Below, one piece after another: positions 1 to 8,555 of a stretch of DNA of 64,000 nt. The translations under genes and the position numbers were made by a program. The first letter of the stretch is position 1. Each line of letters starts with the position of its first letter. The notes beneath the pieces are model-generated. The model was not told where the DNA came from. It ran no database searches and saw only the letters and a list, made by a program, of their open reading frames with translations. Origin of the DNA: Acidimicrobiia bacterium (lineage in GTDB: Bacteria; Actinomycetota; Acidimicrobiia; Spongiisociales; UBA11373); contig JBFFRY010000002.1 in assembly GCA_041572755.1 (NCBI GenBank), positions 3,901 to 67,900 of the forward strand, read 5' to 3'.

Positions 1-1371
1 CCTGCCATCGACCGCCACCTCCTCCCCCACGAACTCGGCGGGCACCAGCGTCGGCCAGAACATCGCCACCGGTGTCGCTGCGCCCGGCGGCGCCGTCATC
101 GTGAAGCCCGGATACCCGGCGAGTGCCAGTTCAACGGCCCGCGCTGAGAATGCCCTGCCCACAGAGGCGGGGTCGGAACCCCGGACGTTGACCCGGAGCA
201 TGGCGAACCCCTCGGCACTTCGCTCCGCACCCGGCCGATCACTCCGCACCAGATCGAACTCGATCTCGAGAGGAGCCAGCACCTGCCGCAAGCTGGTCTC
301 CGCCAACGCAGCCTTGGCTTCGACCTCCGGCGCCGGCACCAGCAGCGTCACCGAATTCCGGAACCCGCCGAGCACGTTCATGCCGACCTTGATCGTCGCC
401 GGGGCCGGTTCACCGCGCACCCCCCGGACGGCCACCCGATCCTCGTCTTCCCGGATGAGCTCGATCGTGTCGAAGCGGGCTACCACATCGGGGTGCAGGT
501 AGGACGGTCCCGCCACTTCGTAGAGCAGCTGCGCAGTCACGGTGCCGAGCGTGACGGCCCCTCCGGTCCCCGGGTGCTTGGTTATCACCGCCGATCCGTC
601 GGCGTGAACCTCAGCGATGGGGAAGCCGGGGTGCTCCAGACCTGGGATCTCGGCGAAGAAGGAGTAGTTCCCGCCGGTGCACTGGGCTCCACACTCCACA
701 ATGTGGCCCGCCACCACGGCGCCTGCCAGCGAATCCCAGTCGTCCGGCTCCCATCCGAATCGCCAGGCGGCCGGACCGGAGACCAGCGAGGCGTCGGCCA
801 CCCGGCCCGTCACCACCACATCGGCACCCGCCCCCAGAGCAGCGGCGATCCCCCATCCCCCGGTGTAGGCGTTGGCGGTCAGGACCCGCTCGGCCACCTC
901 AGAGAACGGCGCTCCGGTGTCGAGGTTCATCAGATCGGTGACACCGGAGATCTCGCCGAGTCGCGCCACCAGGTCGTCGCCGCTCACGACACCGATCGAA
1001 GGGGTAAGGCCCAGCCGATGCGCCAACTCTCCAAGCCGCTCCGCCAGACCGGCCGGATTGAGACCGCCGGCGTTGGCGATCACGCGCACCCCCCGGTCGA
1101 GGCAGGTCCCGAGCACCACCTCCATCTGCTGCAGGAAGGTAGAGGCATATCCCGCCGAGGGGTCATTGCTCCGGTTACGCCACAGGATCGCCATCGTGAG
1201 TTCAGCGAGGTAGTCGCCGGTCAACACATCGATCGGGCCGCCGGTGACCATCTCCTCGGCGGCTTCGAAACGGTCTCCGTAGAAGCCGGAACAGTTGGCG
1301 ACGATCAGCGGCTCGCCGTACCCCTGTGGTCCGGCGTCACCCCGAGTAGGTGAGGCACTGGGCGGCCCCAT
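1..1371 (-). CDS. AtuA-like protein (DUF1446, acyclic terpene utilisation AtuA family), partial. It runs off the window 5' end. The ATG at 1371..1369 overlaps the upstream peptidase gene by about 35 nt.
   Basis: Manual minus-strand translation gives MGPPSASPTRGDAGPQGYGEPLIVANCSGFYGDRFEAAEEMVTGGPIDVLTGDYLAELTMAILW..., matching the conserved AtuA N-terminus (R/LIxNCSGFYGDR ... LTGDYLAE). It is absent from the ORF track because there is no in-window stop. The + strand ORFs here (493..1353 etc.) are R/G/H-rich shadows. Confidence 0.7.
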   Translation of the reverse strand, partial: MGPPSASPTRGDAGPQGYGEPLIVANCSGFYGDRFEAAEEMVTGGPIDVLTGDYLAELTMAILWRNRSNDPSAGYASTFLQQMEVVLGTCLDRGVRVIANAGGLNPAGLAERLGELAHRLGLTPSIGVVSGDDLVARLGEISGVTDLMNLDTGAPFSEVAERVLTANAYTGGWGIAAALGAGADVVVTGRVADASLVSGPAAWRFGWEPDDWDSLAGAVVAGHIVECGAQCTGGNYSFFAEIPGLEHPGFPIAEVHADGSAVITKHPGTGGAVTLGTVTAQLLYEVAGPSYLHPDVVARFDTIELIREDEDRVAVRGVRGEPAPATIKVGMNVLGGFRNSVTLLVPAPEVEAKAALAETSLRQVLAPLEIEFDLVRSDRPGAERSAEGFAMLRVNVRGSDPASVGRAFSARAVELALAGYPGFTMTAPPGAATPVAMFWPTLVPAEFVGEEVAVDGR

Positions 1372-3007
1372 TGAAGAACCCGTCCTTGAAGGCGTTGAAC
1401 CGCTGGAATGCAGTGCCGCCGCTCGGCTCCCCGGTGGCGGGGTCGTCTCCGAATGCCAAGAATCCCGCCACCCCTTCGTCGAGGTCCCCGGCGGAGAGAA
1501 CCAGCCCCAACGGGTTGTCGAAAGGCACCATGTCGGCCGTCCACACCCCGGTCAGGCAATCGGCCTGCAATTCGGCGATGAGGCCCTCGGTGGGGAGTCC
1601 CGCTCGGGCCTGGATGCCGGTTGCCCATTCATGGGCGAGGACCATGCCGATGGCAAAGTCGCCGATCCGCTGGTAGAGCGCCGGGAACAGGTTCTCGTTG
1701 TCCCACGCCACGAAGTCGCCCGGAGGACAGTAGAAGGCGTTCCCCAGGTAGTCGTCGGGATTCGGCTCCCCCGGCCCACAGGGCGGCAGGAGCCCGGTCG
1801 AGGGGAGGTAGGGCCCGTAGTTGGTCATCGGTATGTAGTCGGTGCCGAAGAGCTGCGGGTACAGAAGCGACCAATACAACTCGAGGGCCTCGATCACCAG
1901 CGGCGCCACGTCGGCGAAGGGGAGGTCGCCGCCGGTCTGCAGATCCTCTTCGGTGAGGGCAACGTCCACCACGAGGAACTCGCCCTGCTCGTAGGCACGG
2001 CATTTCTCCGGACCGTTCAGGAACCCATCCTGGAAGGCGTTAACGCGATCGAAGGCGCTGCCGTGGGCCTGCGGATCGCCGGGATCGGTGCCCGGCGGGT
2101 CGCGGAACAGCAGATAGCCGGCCATCGCTTCCTCCAGGTCTCCCGACTCCAGAATCAGCAGATCACTCTCACCGGCATCGACCGCCCCGGCCCAAACCCC
2201 GGCGAAGCAATCGGCCTGCAGCTCCGTCATGATGGTGAGCCCGTCCACCGAAGCCCGGGCCTGCACGGCGTGGGCCCATTCGTGCGCGAGCACCAAGGCA
2301 ACGGCGAAATCGCCGAATTCGGTGTAGAGGCCGGGAATCAGCACCTCGGCATCCCAGGCGATGAAGTCGCCCGGGTGGCAATAGAAGGCGTTCTCCTGGT
2401 ACGCCTCTATGGGGAGCGGGTCTGGCCCACAGGGCGGCAGGTCCCCCTGGGACGGGAAGTAGGGGATGACGGCCGCGAGATCTTCATAGGCGACGCCGTA
2501 GAGGTCGGGAAGCGTCCCTCCCCAGAACGAAACCAGATCGTCCTGGGTGAGCACCAGCAGTTGCTCGAGGTCCAACGCGACCGGTTCGCCGTCCCCGACC
2601 ACCCCGGGTTCCTCCGGCCGACCGGCTTCCGCCAGGCAGAACTCGGTCACATCGAGGACCACATCCGCCCCGGCGGGGTCTCCTTGGCCCAGCGCCACGA
2701 ATTCGTCCAAGCTCAATAGCGCCTGGAACTCGGTGATCGTGCACCTGCAGAACTCCGCGTCACCGTTCTCGGTGCATCCTTCCATGTAGACGTCCACGAC
2801 GGCCTGCGGGTAATCACCCTCGAGCGCAGAGACAACGGTGGTATCCGGGGCGGTGGTCGTCTCCGGGGTCATGGTGGTGCCGGGAGTCGTGGTCGTCGGT
2901 GCCGATGTTGCCGCAACGGTGGTCGGGATGGTCAGGGCACCGTCGCCGTCGCCACAAGCTGCCGCCACCAAGGTCAACGCCGTCACCACCCCGAGCAGAC
3001 GCCTCAT
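1337..3007 (-). CDS. Secreted lipoprotein with two tandem YpfJ-like putative neutral zinc metallopeptidase domains. Domain 1 has HEWAH; domain 2 has a degenerate HEWAT.
   Basis: 556 aa. Signal peptide plus lipobox (LTLVAAAC). T/P-rich linker. Two repeats of the pattern NAFYC(H/P)PGDF(I/V)AWD...GDFA(V/I)..VLAHEWA(H/T)..QAR, which is the YpfJ family signature (AFYCP.D..IY.D..F...GDFA....AHE.GHHVQ) as I recall it. Confidence 0.75.
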   Translation of the reverse strand: MRRLLGVVTALTLVAAACGDGDGALTIPTTVAATSAPTTTTPGTTMTPETTTAPDTTVVSALEGDYPQAVVDVYMEGCTENGDAEFCRCTITEFQALLSLDEFVALGQGDPAGADVVLDVTEFCLAEAGRPEEPGVVGDGEPVALDLEQLLVLTQDDLVSFWGGTLPDLYGVAYEDLAAVIPYFPSQGDLPPCGPDPLPIEAYQENAFYCHPGDFIAWDAEVLIPGLYTEFGDFAVALVLAHEWAHAVQARASVDGLTIMTELQADCFAGVWAGAVDAGESDLLILESGDLEEAMAGYLLFRDPPGTDPGDPQAHGSAFDRVNAFQDGFLNGPEKCRAYEQGEFLVVDVALTEEDLQTGGDLPFADVAPLVIEALELYWSLLYPQLFGTDYIPMTNYGPYLPSTGLLPPCGPGEPNPDDYLGNAFYCPPGDFVAWDNENLFPALYQRIGDFAIGMVLAHEWATGIQARAGLPTEGLIAELQADCLTGVWTADMVPFDNPLGLVLSAGDLDEGVAGFLAFGDDPATGEPSGGTAFQRFNAFKDGFFNGAAQCLTYSG

Positions 3008-3408
3008 CCTTCCCCCTGGGTCCGTCCCCGCCAGCCAAGCCAGCCCCGCCAGGCACCCGGGCCCGGCCGAGTGTCGTAGACCCGTTCCGGGAACATCACC
3101 TCACCGTGAATCTCGGACAGCCGCCGCAACAGCCACTCGTCGAAGGGATCCGACGACCCCTCCAGGGCGGCAATTGCCGCGCCCGCCTCCGTGCCTTCGA
3201 ACAGGTAGATCGCGGAGCGCACCGGCGCCTCCAAGAGGAAGACGACTTCTCTTGTGATGCCTCTTCGCTTCTGTGATTGCGCCCACTCACCACGACGGGG
3301 TCCGGTCAGTTCGGCCTGGAACTCCCGCCAGGCAGAAACCTTGTCCGAGTCGAGCGAAGCGATGGCGATCGATGCGGTCACGGTGGCCCTCCGCGAGAAC
3401 GCGGTCAC
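3004..3408 (-). CDS. Hypothetical protein (134 aa). Its stop overlaps the peptidase start (ATGA-type coupling).
   Basis: Minus-strand ORF with protein-like composition (K/E/D/F/I/Y present). The + strand ORFs across it look like shadow frames. No family recognised. Confidence 0.4.
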   Translation of the reverse strand: MTAFSRRATVTASIAIASLDSDKVSAWREFQAELTGPRRGEWAQSQKRRGITREVVFLLEAPVRSAIYLFEGTEAGAAIAALEGSSDPFDEWLLRRLSEIHGEVMFPERVYDTRPGPGAWRGWLGWRGRTQGEG

Positions 3409-3414
3409 CCTAGT

Positions 3415-4566
3415 TCACGACCGCCGATTCGGTCCGAGGCCCAACACCTCTTCGTACAGGGTCCGGAGACGAGCCACCCACAGGCGCCCGTCGAACTCCC
3501 CCTCAAACCGTTCCCTGGCCCGTTTCCCCATCAGCCGGCGGGTTGCCGGATCCTCTGCGAGGCGCGAGACCTCCCGTGCCAGGATCTCGGCATCGCCCGA
3601 ATCGACGAGCGTCCCCGCCTGATCACCGACGATCTCCGGAATACCTCCCACCCGGGTCGCCACGATCGGCTTCCCGGCGGCCAACGCATGGATCAGGGCC
3701 GTCGGAAGGGCGTCGGCGCTGCTCGGCTGCACCACGATGTCGGCGCCCGCCAACACCCGGTCCACATCCTGCCGGAAGCCGGGGAAGAGCACCCGCTCCC
3801 CAAGGACCCCCAGTTCACCGGCCCTGGCGAGAAGCCGATCGTGTTCGGGACCGAGACCGACGAGTGCGAAGACCACAGGGGAGCCGCCCGGGAGGAGGGC
3901 GGCAGCCTCGACGACATCGTCGTGCCCCTTGCCGGGGCGCATGATCGCCACCATCACCACCAGCACCTGATCCTCACCCACGCCCCACTCGTCCCGCACC
4001 TCATCCCGATGGGCGGGCTCACTGCGACGATCGGCGATGCCGTTGCGGATGGTGACAACCGTCGTCGGGTCCGCCCGGTGGGATTCGAGGTACCAGCGGC
4101 GCACCGCATCCGACACGGCGATCGTCCGGGTTGCCGCCTTCCCTCGCGCCCGAACCGCCGCCCATCGCTTGAGCCGGCCGACCGGGCCCCTTGCGTCATC
4201 GAGGACGTGCAACGTCGACACCATCGGAATCCCCAGGCGATTGGCGGCCGACGCTCCCACGATGTCGGCGTGCCTGAGATGGGTGTGCACCACATCGGGC
4301 CGCCACCGGCGGAGGATTCGCACCGCTCGGCGGGCGGCCCGGGGATCCCACCGGGTCCGCAGCCCCAGCGTCCCGACCTCCACCCCGGCAGCCTTGAGGC
4401 TGCCGGCGACGGCACCGCTCCCTTCCGCCATCAGGCTGAGCACGGTCATCTCGAGTCCCACCGCGGGCGCCAACTCGGCGAGTTCGAGCAACAGGTGTTC
4501 GGCGCCGCCGCGGCGGAGATCATGAATTACGTGGCACACGCGCAGGGGCGAGGGCCGGCCTGTCAT
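3415..4566 (-). CDS. Glycosyltransferase family 4 (GT4, group 1). The start is probably the ATG at 4566 (MTGRPSPLRVCHVIHDL...) rather than the ORF-track ATG at 4629.
   Basis: N-terminal GT4 fold motifs (VCHVIHDLRRGGAEH, DVVHTH). C-terminal GT-B sugar-donor domain (GSPVVFALVGLGPE..., PSSADALPTALIHALAAGKPIVATRVGGIPEIV, E-x7-E region). Confidence 0.8.
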   Translation of the reverse strand: MTGRPSPLRVCHVIHDLRRGGAEHLLLELAELAPAVGLEMTVLSLMAEGSGAVAGSLKAAGVEVGTLGLRTRWDPRAARRAVRILRRWRPDVVHTHLRHADIVGASAANRLGIPMVSTLHVLDDARGPVGRLKRWAAVRARGKAATRTIAVSDAVRRWYLESHRADPTTVVTIRNGIADRRSEPAHRDEVRDEWGVGEDQVLVVMVAIMRPGKGHDDVVEAAALLPGGSPVVFALVGLGPEHDRLLARAGELGVLGERVLFPGFRQDVDRVLAGADIVVQPSSADALPTALIHALAAGKPIVATRVGGIPEIVGDQAGTLVDSGDAEILAREVSRLAEDPATRRLMGKRARERFEGEFDGRLWVARLRTLYEEVLGLGPNRRS

Positions 4567-4666
4567 CGGACTCCCGTTTCGCTGCTCATTCATCGGTTGA
4601 TGCGGGCCACCTCTGTAGGGGCGCCCCACGTAAGGATCGTGACGGGCCTAGCCTCGCGGAGGTCTC

Positions 4667-6115
4667 ATGCGAATCCTGGTCACCGGGGCAACCGGTTACA
4701 TCGGCGGCCGTCTCGTCCCCCGCCTCATCGAGGCCGGGCACGAGGTTCGCTGCGCGGTGCGCCGCCCCAGCAAGCTCGCCGGCCGGTCCTGGTTCGACGA
4801 CGTCGAGGTCGTAGAAGGTGACGTCCTCAACGCCCGTCAGGCAAAGGAGGCCGCCGCAGGCTGCGACGCCGCCTACTACCTGGTGCATTCGATGGCAGCG
4901 GGAAGCGATTTCGCCGAACAGGATCGGCAGGCCGCCCAAAACTTCCGGAAAGCCGCCGAGGCCGCTGGTCTGCGCCGCATCGTGTACCTCGGGGGTCTCG
5001 GCCCTGAGGACGCCCCCCTGTCCGCTCACCTCGCCAGCCGACGGGAGGTGGGCCGACTGCTCGCCGAGGGACCGACGCCGCTCACCGAACTCCGGGCGGC
5101 GGTCATCATCGGGTCCGGCTCCCTCTCCTTCGAGATGCTTCGGTACCTGACCGAAGTGCTGCCCGTCATGACGACCCCCAAGTGGGTACGGACACGCTGC
5201 CAGCCAATCGCCATCCGGGACGTTCTCGAGATCCTGGTGCGAGCGGTCGACGACGACGCTCCCATTGACCGGATCCTCGAAGTCGGCGGCCCCGACACGC
5301 TCTCCTACCAGCAGATGATGCAGGTCTATGCCGAGGAGGCCGGTCTGCGACGGCGGCTCATCATTCCGGTACCGCTTCTGACCCCACGGCTCTCATCGCT
5401 GTGGGTGGGCCTGGTGACACCGCTCCCCACCAGCGTTGCCCGTCCTCTGGTCGAGAGCCTGCGCAGCGAAGTGACAGTGGGGGACAGAGCGGCCGATGCT
5501 CTTCTCCCTCACCCACCGACGCCCTATCGCGAGTCCGTGCGCCGCGCCTTGATGAGCGAGGATGTCACCACCCGCTGGTACGACGCCGAGCCGAGCCCGG
5601 CCCTCCCGGTTCCCGGGGATCCCTCCTGGAGCGGCGGAACCGTCTTCGAAGACCGCCGGGTGGTGCCGACCGACGCTGCACCCCACCACGTCTTCTGGGC
5701 ATTCAGCCGGGTCGGTGGCGACGTCGGGTACTACGGCGTCAACTGGGCATGGCGGCTGCGCGGCCTTCTGGACCGGCTCGTTGGGGGCATCGGCCTGCGC
5801 CGCGGCCGGCGCCACCCCGAAGACGTTCGTGAGGGCGAGACCATTGACTTCTGGCGGGTTGAACGGGTGGTCTCCGATGAGACGCTCCGGTTGCGAGCCG
5901 AGATGCGGCTCCCCGGACAGGCGTGGCTCGAATGGAACATCGTGCCCACCGACGAGGGCTCCGATCTGGTGCAGGTCGCCCGCTTCAGGCCGCGGGGGCT
6001 CTTGGGGCGTCTCTACTGGTTCGTCATGGCCCCGTTTCACTCGGTGATCTTCCCCCGCATGGCATGCCGCATCGCGGCCACCGCCGAGGAGCGGGGCTAC
6101 TCCTGCGCTTCGTAG
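4667..6115 (+). CDS. NAD(P)-binding SDR/NmrA-like oxidoreductase fused to a C-terminal DUF2867 domain.
   Basis: MRILVTGATGYIGGRLVPRL (Rossmann GxxGxxG), with a C-terminal domain typical of DUF2867 fusions. 482 aa. Confidence 0.75.
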   Translation: MRILVTGATGYIGGRLVPRLIEAGHEVRCAVRRPSKLAGRSWFDDVEVVEGDVLNARQAKEAAAGCDAAYYLVHSMAAGSDFAEQDRQAAQNFRKAAEAAGLRRIVYLGGLGPEDAPLSAHLASRREVGRLLAEGPTPLTELRAAVIIGSGSLSFEMLRYLTEVLPVMTTPKWVRTRCQPIAIRDVLEILVRAVDDDAPIDRILEVGGPDTLSYQQMMQVYAEEAGLRRRLIIPVPLLTPRLSSLWVGLVTPLPTSVARPLVESLRSEVTVGDRAADALLPHPPTPYRESVRRALMSEDVTTRWYDAEPSPALPVPGDPSWSGGTVFEDRRVVPTDAAPHHVFWAFSRVGGDVGYYGVNWAWRLRGLLDRLVGGIGLRRGRRHPEDVREGETIDFWRVERVVSDETLRLRAEMRLPGQAWLEWNIVPTDEGSDLVQVARFRPRGLLGRLYWFVMAPFHSVIFPRMACRIAATAEERGYSCAS

Positions 6116-6901
6116 ATGTCCGGACTGCCTGAAGCGCTCACGACCGCCGCCATCGTCATCGTGGCATCGATGACGCTGCTGTGGATTGTGAGCGTCCTCG
6201 TGCGGGACGCCAGCATCGTCGACATCTTCTGGGGGCCGGGATTCGTCATCGTCGCCTGGACCGTCTTCGTCGTGGCCGACGGCACCGATTCTCGGCGCCT
6301 CTTGCTGGCGCTGTTGACCACCATCTGGGGTGTCCGCCTCGGTGCCTACCTGGCGTGGCGCAACCTCGGCAAGGGTGAGGACTACCGCTACCAAGCCTTC
6401 CGGCGTCGGTATGGTCCGCGGTACTGGCTGATCAGCCTGTTCCAGGTCTTCCTCCTCCAGGGCATGTTCATGTGGATCGTCTCGCTCCCCATCCAGGCGG
6501 GTCAGATCCCCAATATCCCGGAGGGCCTCGGATGGCTGGCATGGGTCGGCTCCGCCGTGTGGGCCGTTGGATTCCTCTTCGAGGCCGGCGGCGACCTCCA
6601 GTTGGCCCGATTCAAGGCGGACCCCACCAATCAAGGTGAGGTCATGGATCGGGGGCTGTGGCGCTACACCCGCCACCCCAACTACTTCGGCAACTTCCTC
6701 GTGTGGTGGGGACTCTTCGTCATTGCCTTGGAGGCCCGGGGAACGTGGTGGACGATCATCGGGCCACTGGTGATGTCCGTTCTCCTCTTGCGCGTCAGCG
6801 GCGTGGCGATGCTGGAGCGAACCATCACCAAACGGCGCAAGGGATACGAGGACTACGTGCGCCGCACCAACGCCTTCTTCCCCGGACCCCCCCGGGATTA
6901 G
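6116..6901 (+). CDS. DUF1295 family membrane protein (steroid 5-alpha-reductase / ICMT-like fold). Its start ATG abuts the stop of the upstream gene (TAGATG).
   Basis: 261 aa, multi-TM, with the RHPNYFGNFLVWWG motif characteristic of the DUF1295 / PEMT / ICMT superfamily. Confidence 0.75.
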   Translation: MSGLPEALTTAAIVIVASMTLLWIVSVLVRDASIVDIFWGPGFVIVAWTVFVVADGTDSRRLLLALLTTIWGVRLGAYLAWRNLGKGEDYRYQAFRRRYGPRYWLISLFQVFLLQGMFMWIVSLPIQAGQIPNIPEGLGWLAWVGSAVWAVGFLFEAGGDLQLARFKADPTNQGEVMDRGLWRYTRHPNYFGNFLVWWGLFVIALEARGTWWTIIGPLVMSVLLLRVSGVAMLERTITKRRKGYEDYVRRTNAFFPGPPRD

Positions 6902-8505
6902 CCCCGCCCTGCAATCAGGTCGCGGCGCTCGAAGAGCAGCACCGAGATCACGAGCAGCCCCCCGATGAGCGCAGCCAAGACTCCGGCGTGGCTCCAGCGG
7001 ATTCCGCTGTTGAGCGGGTCGCTGGTCAAGTAGTAGTAGAAGGGTGACCACTTGGCGAAGCCCGCCATGCGGTCGCTCAGCGGCAGAAATGCGTTCGCCA
7101 CGTAGAGGACGAGGGCGAGGCCGGCCATGCCGTACGACGCCAACCGGGGCCGGCCGGTGGCGGCACCGATCAGCATCGCAACCATCCCGAAGACCAAGGC
7201 GACCAGGACGGCCAGTAGGCACGTCGCGGCGATGTTGCCGAGGCTCATGCCGAGCCCGGCCATTCCCGATCCGAGCGCGGTCCCCACGAATGTGAGCAGA
7301 CCGGCCATGGTGGCGATCCCCACCATGGCCGCCGACTTCTCGGCGACCAATGCCCTGCGCCGGACGGGATTGGCGAGAAGCAAGCCGATGGTTCTCTCGG
7401 TCTCCTCCCCGGCCAACGCCCTCGATCCGACGACACCGGACACCACCAGCAAGGCAATCGGCACGGTCAGGCTGAAGATCTCTGTCTGGTACCACCCTTC
7501 GGCAGTGCCCATGTCGGCATACCCCACCATGGCGAGGATCGCCTCCGGAAACTGGCTCGAGAAGTCTCCGATCAGATCGTCGATCAGCAGATAGAACGGT
7601 CCGATGAAGGCACTCATCAGCAGTACCACGGAGCCGACGACGATCGTCACGGTCTGGTGGTCCGATGCCGTCTTGGTGGCGATGCGTGAGACCCGAGCGG
7701 ATCCCGCAATCTTCTCGATGACTCTCCTCGTCCGGGGGTTGGCCCGCAGGCGATCGACCAGGGTGACCGACACGCCCCGCTCCTTCAGGTCGCGGCGATT
7801 GGCTCCAACCACCGCCAGCGCCAGGAAGACGACGCTTGATGCAGCAAGGACGCCCAAGTGACCCCAATCGACGCCGTTGCGCACCGGCTGGCCGGCGTCG
7901 TAGTAGTGCCACGGGAAGACCTCGGACACCCACTCCCACCCTTCGATCAGAGGAAAGAGGCCCACTGCGACGAAGGACACCACCATGACGACGGCCGTCG
8001 CCCCCGAGGCCGCGCCACGATTGCCGGTCCAGGCGCCGACCATGGTGGCCACCGCACCAAAGAAGACCGACACGACGAACATGTGCAACACGAGCGCGCC
8101 GACCCGCATGTCCGCTATGTCGACGTTCAGGATCGCCGGCACAGCCCATCCGCTGAGGATCAAGATCAAGGAGCCGGCCGCCGTGAGCGCAACCATCGAA
8201 GCGGTCTTGGAGAGGAGCACGCCCGTCCGGCTCACGGGATTCCCCAACAGCAGTCCGAGGGTTCCCTTGCGCTCTTCTCCTGCGATCGAAGCCGCCCCCA
8301 TGGAGAGCGCCAGCGACGCCAACGTGAGCGCGCCGTAGGAACTGTAGATCGCGCCGTAGGCGAGGCCCGCGGAATCCGAGTCCTCGGCGATGTTCATGAG
8401 TGCCCGGAAGCCCTCGGGGAGGTCGGTATAGAACGACAGATCGATGTCCCGATAGACGAGCATCCCGAAGAGCAGCATCCCCGCAACGGCCGCCGCACCG
8501 ATCAC
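6898..8505 (-). CDS. ABC-2 family transporter permease, internally duplicated (two fused permease modules).
   Basis: 535 aa with many TM segments. Two copies of the ABC-2 hallmark GEE(R/T)..GT.GLLL.NPV(S/R)R...L.(S/E)K (aa ~75-100 and ~350-375). Followed by ATPase gene 8556..9458. Confidence 0.7.
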   Translation of the reverse strand: MIGAAAVAGMLLFGMLVYRDIDLSFYTDLPEGFRALMNIAEDSDSAGLAYGAIYSSYGALTLASLALSMGAASIAGEERKGTLGLLLGNPVSRTGVLLSKTASMVALTAAGSLILILSGWAVPAILNVDIADMRVGALVLHMFVVSVFFGAVATMVGAWTGNRGAASGATAVVMVVSFVAVGLFPLIEGWEWVSEVFPWHYYDAGQPVRNGVDWGHLGVLAASSVVFLALAVVGANRRDLKERGVSVTLVDRLRANPRTRRVIEKIAGSARVSRIATKTASDHQTVTIVVGSVVLLMSAFIGPFYLLIDDLIGDFSSQFPEAILAMVGYADMGTAEGWYQTEIFSLTVPIALLVVSGVVGSRALAGEETERTIGLLLANPVRRRALVAEKSAAMVGIATMAGLLTFVGTALGSGMAGLGMSLGNIAATCLLAVLVALVFGMVAMLIGAATGRPRLASYGMAGLALVLYVANAFLPLSDRMAGFAKWSPFYYYLTSDPLNSGIRWSHAGVLAALIGGLLVISVLLFERRDLIAGRG

Positions 8506-8555
8506 GACTCCCTTCCAGCGATCGAAGAGCGTCTTGGTGAAGATGGCGGCGAGGA

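Noticed and set aside
493-1353. 286-aa + strand ORF at the window start.
   Set aside because: It is the antisense shadow of the AtuA-like gene, whose manual translation shows clear family motifs.
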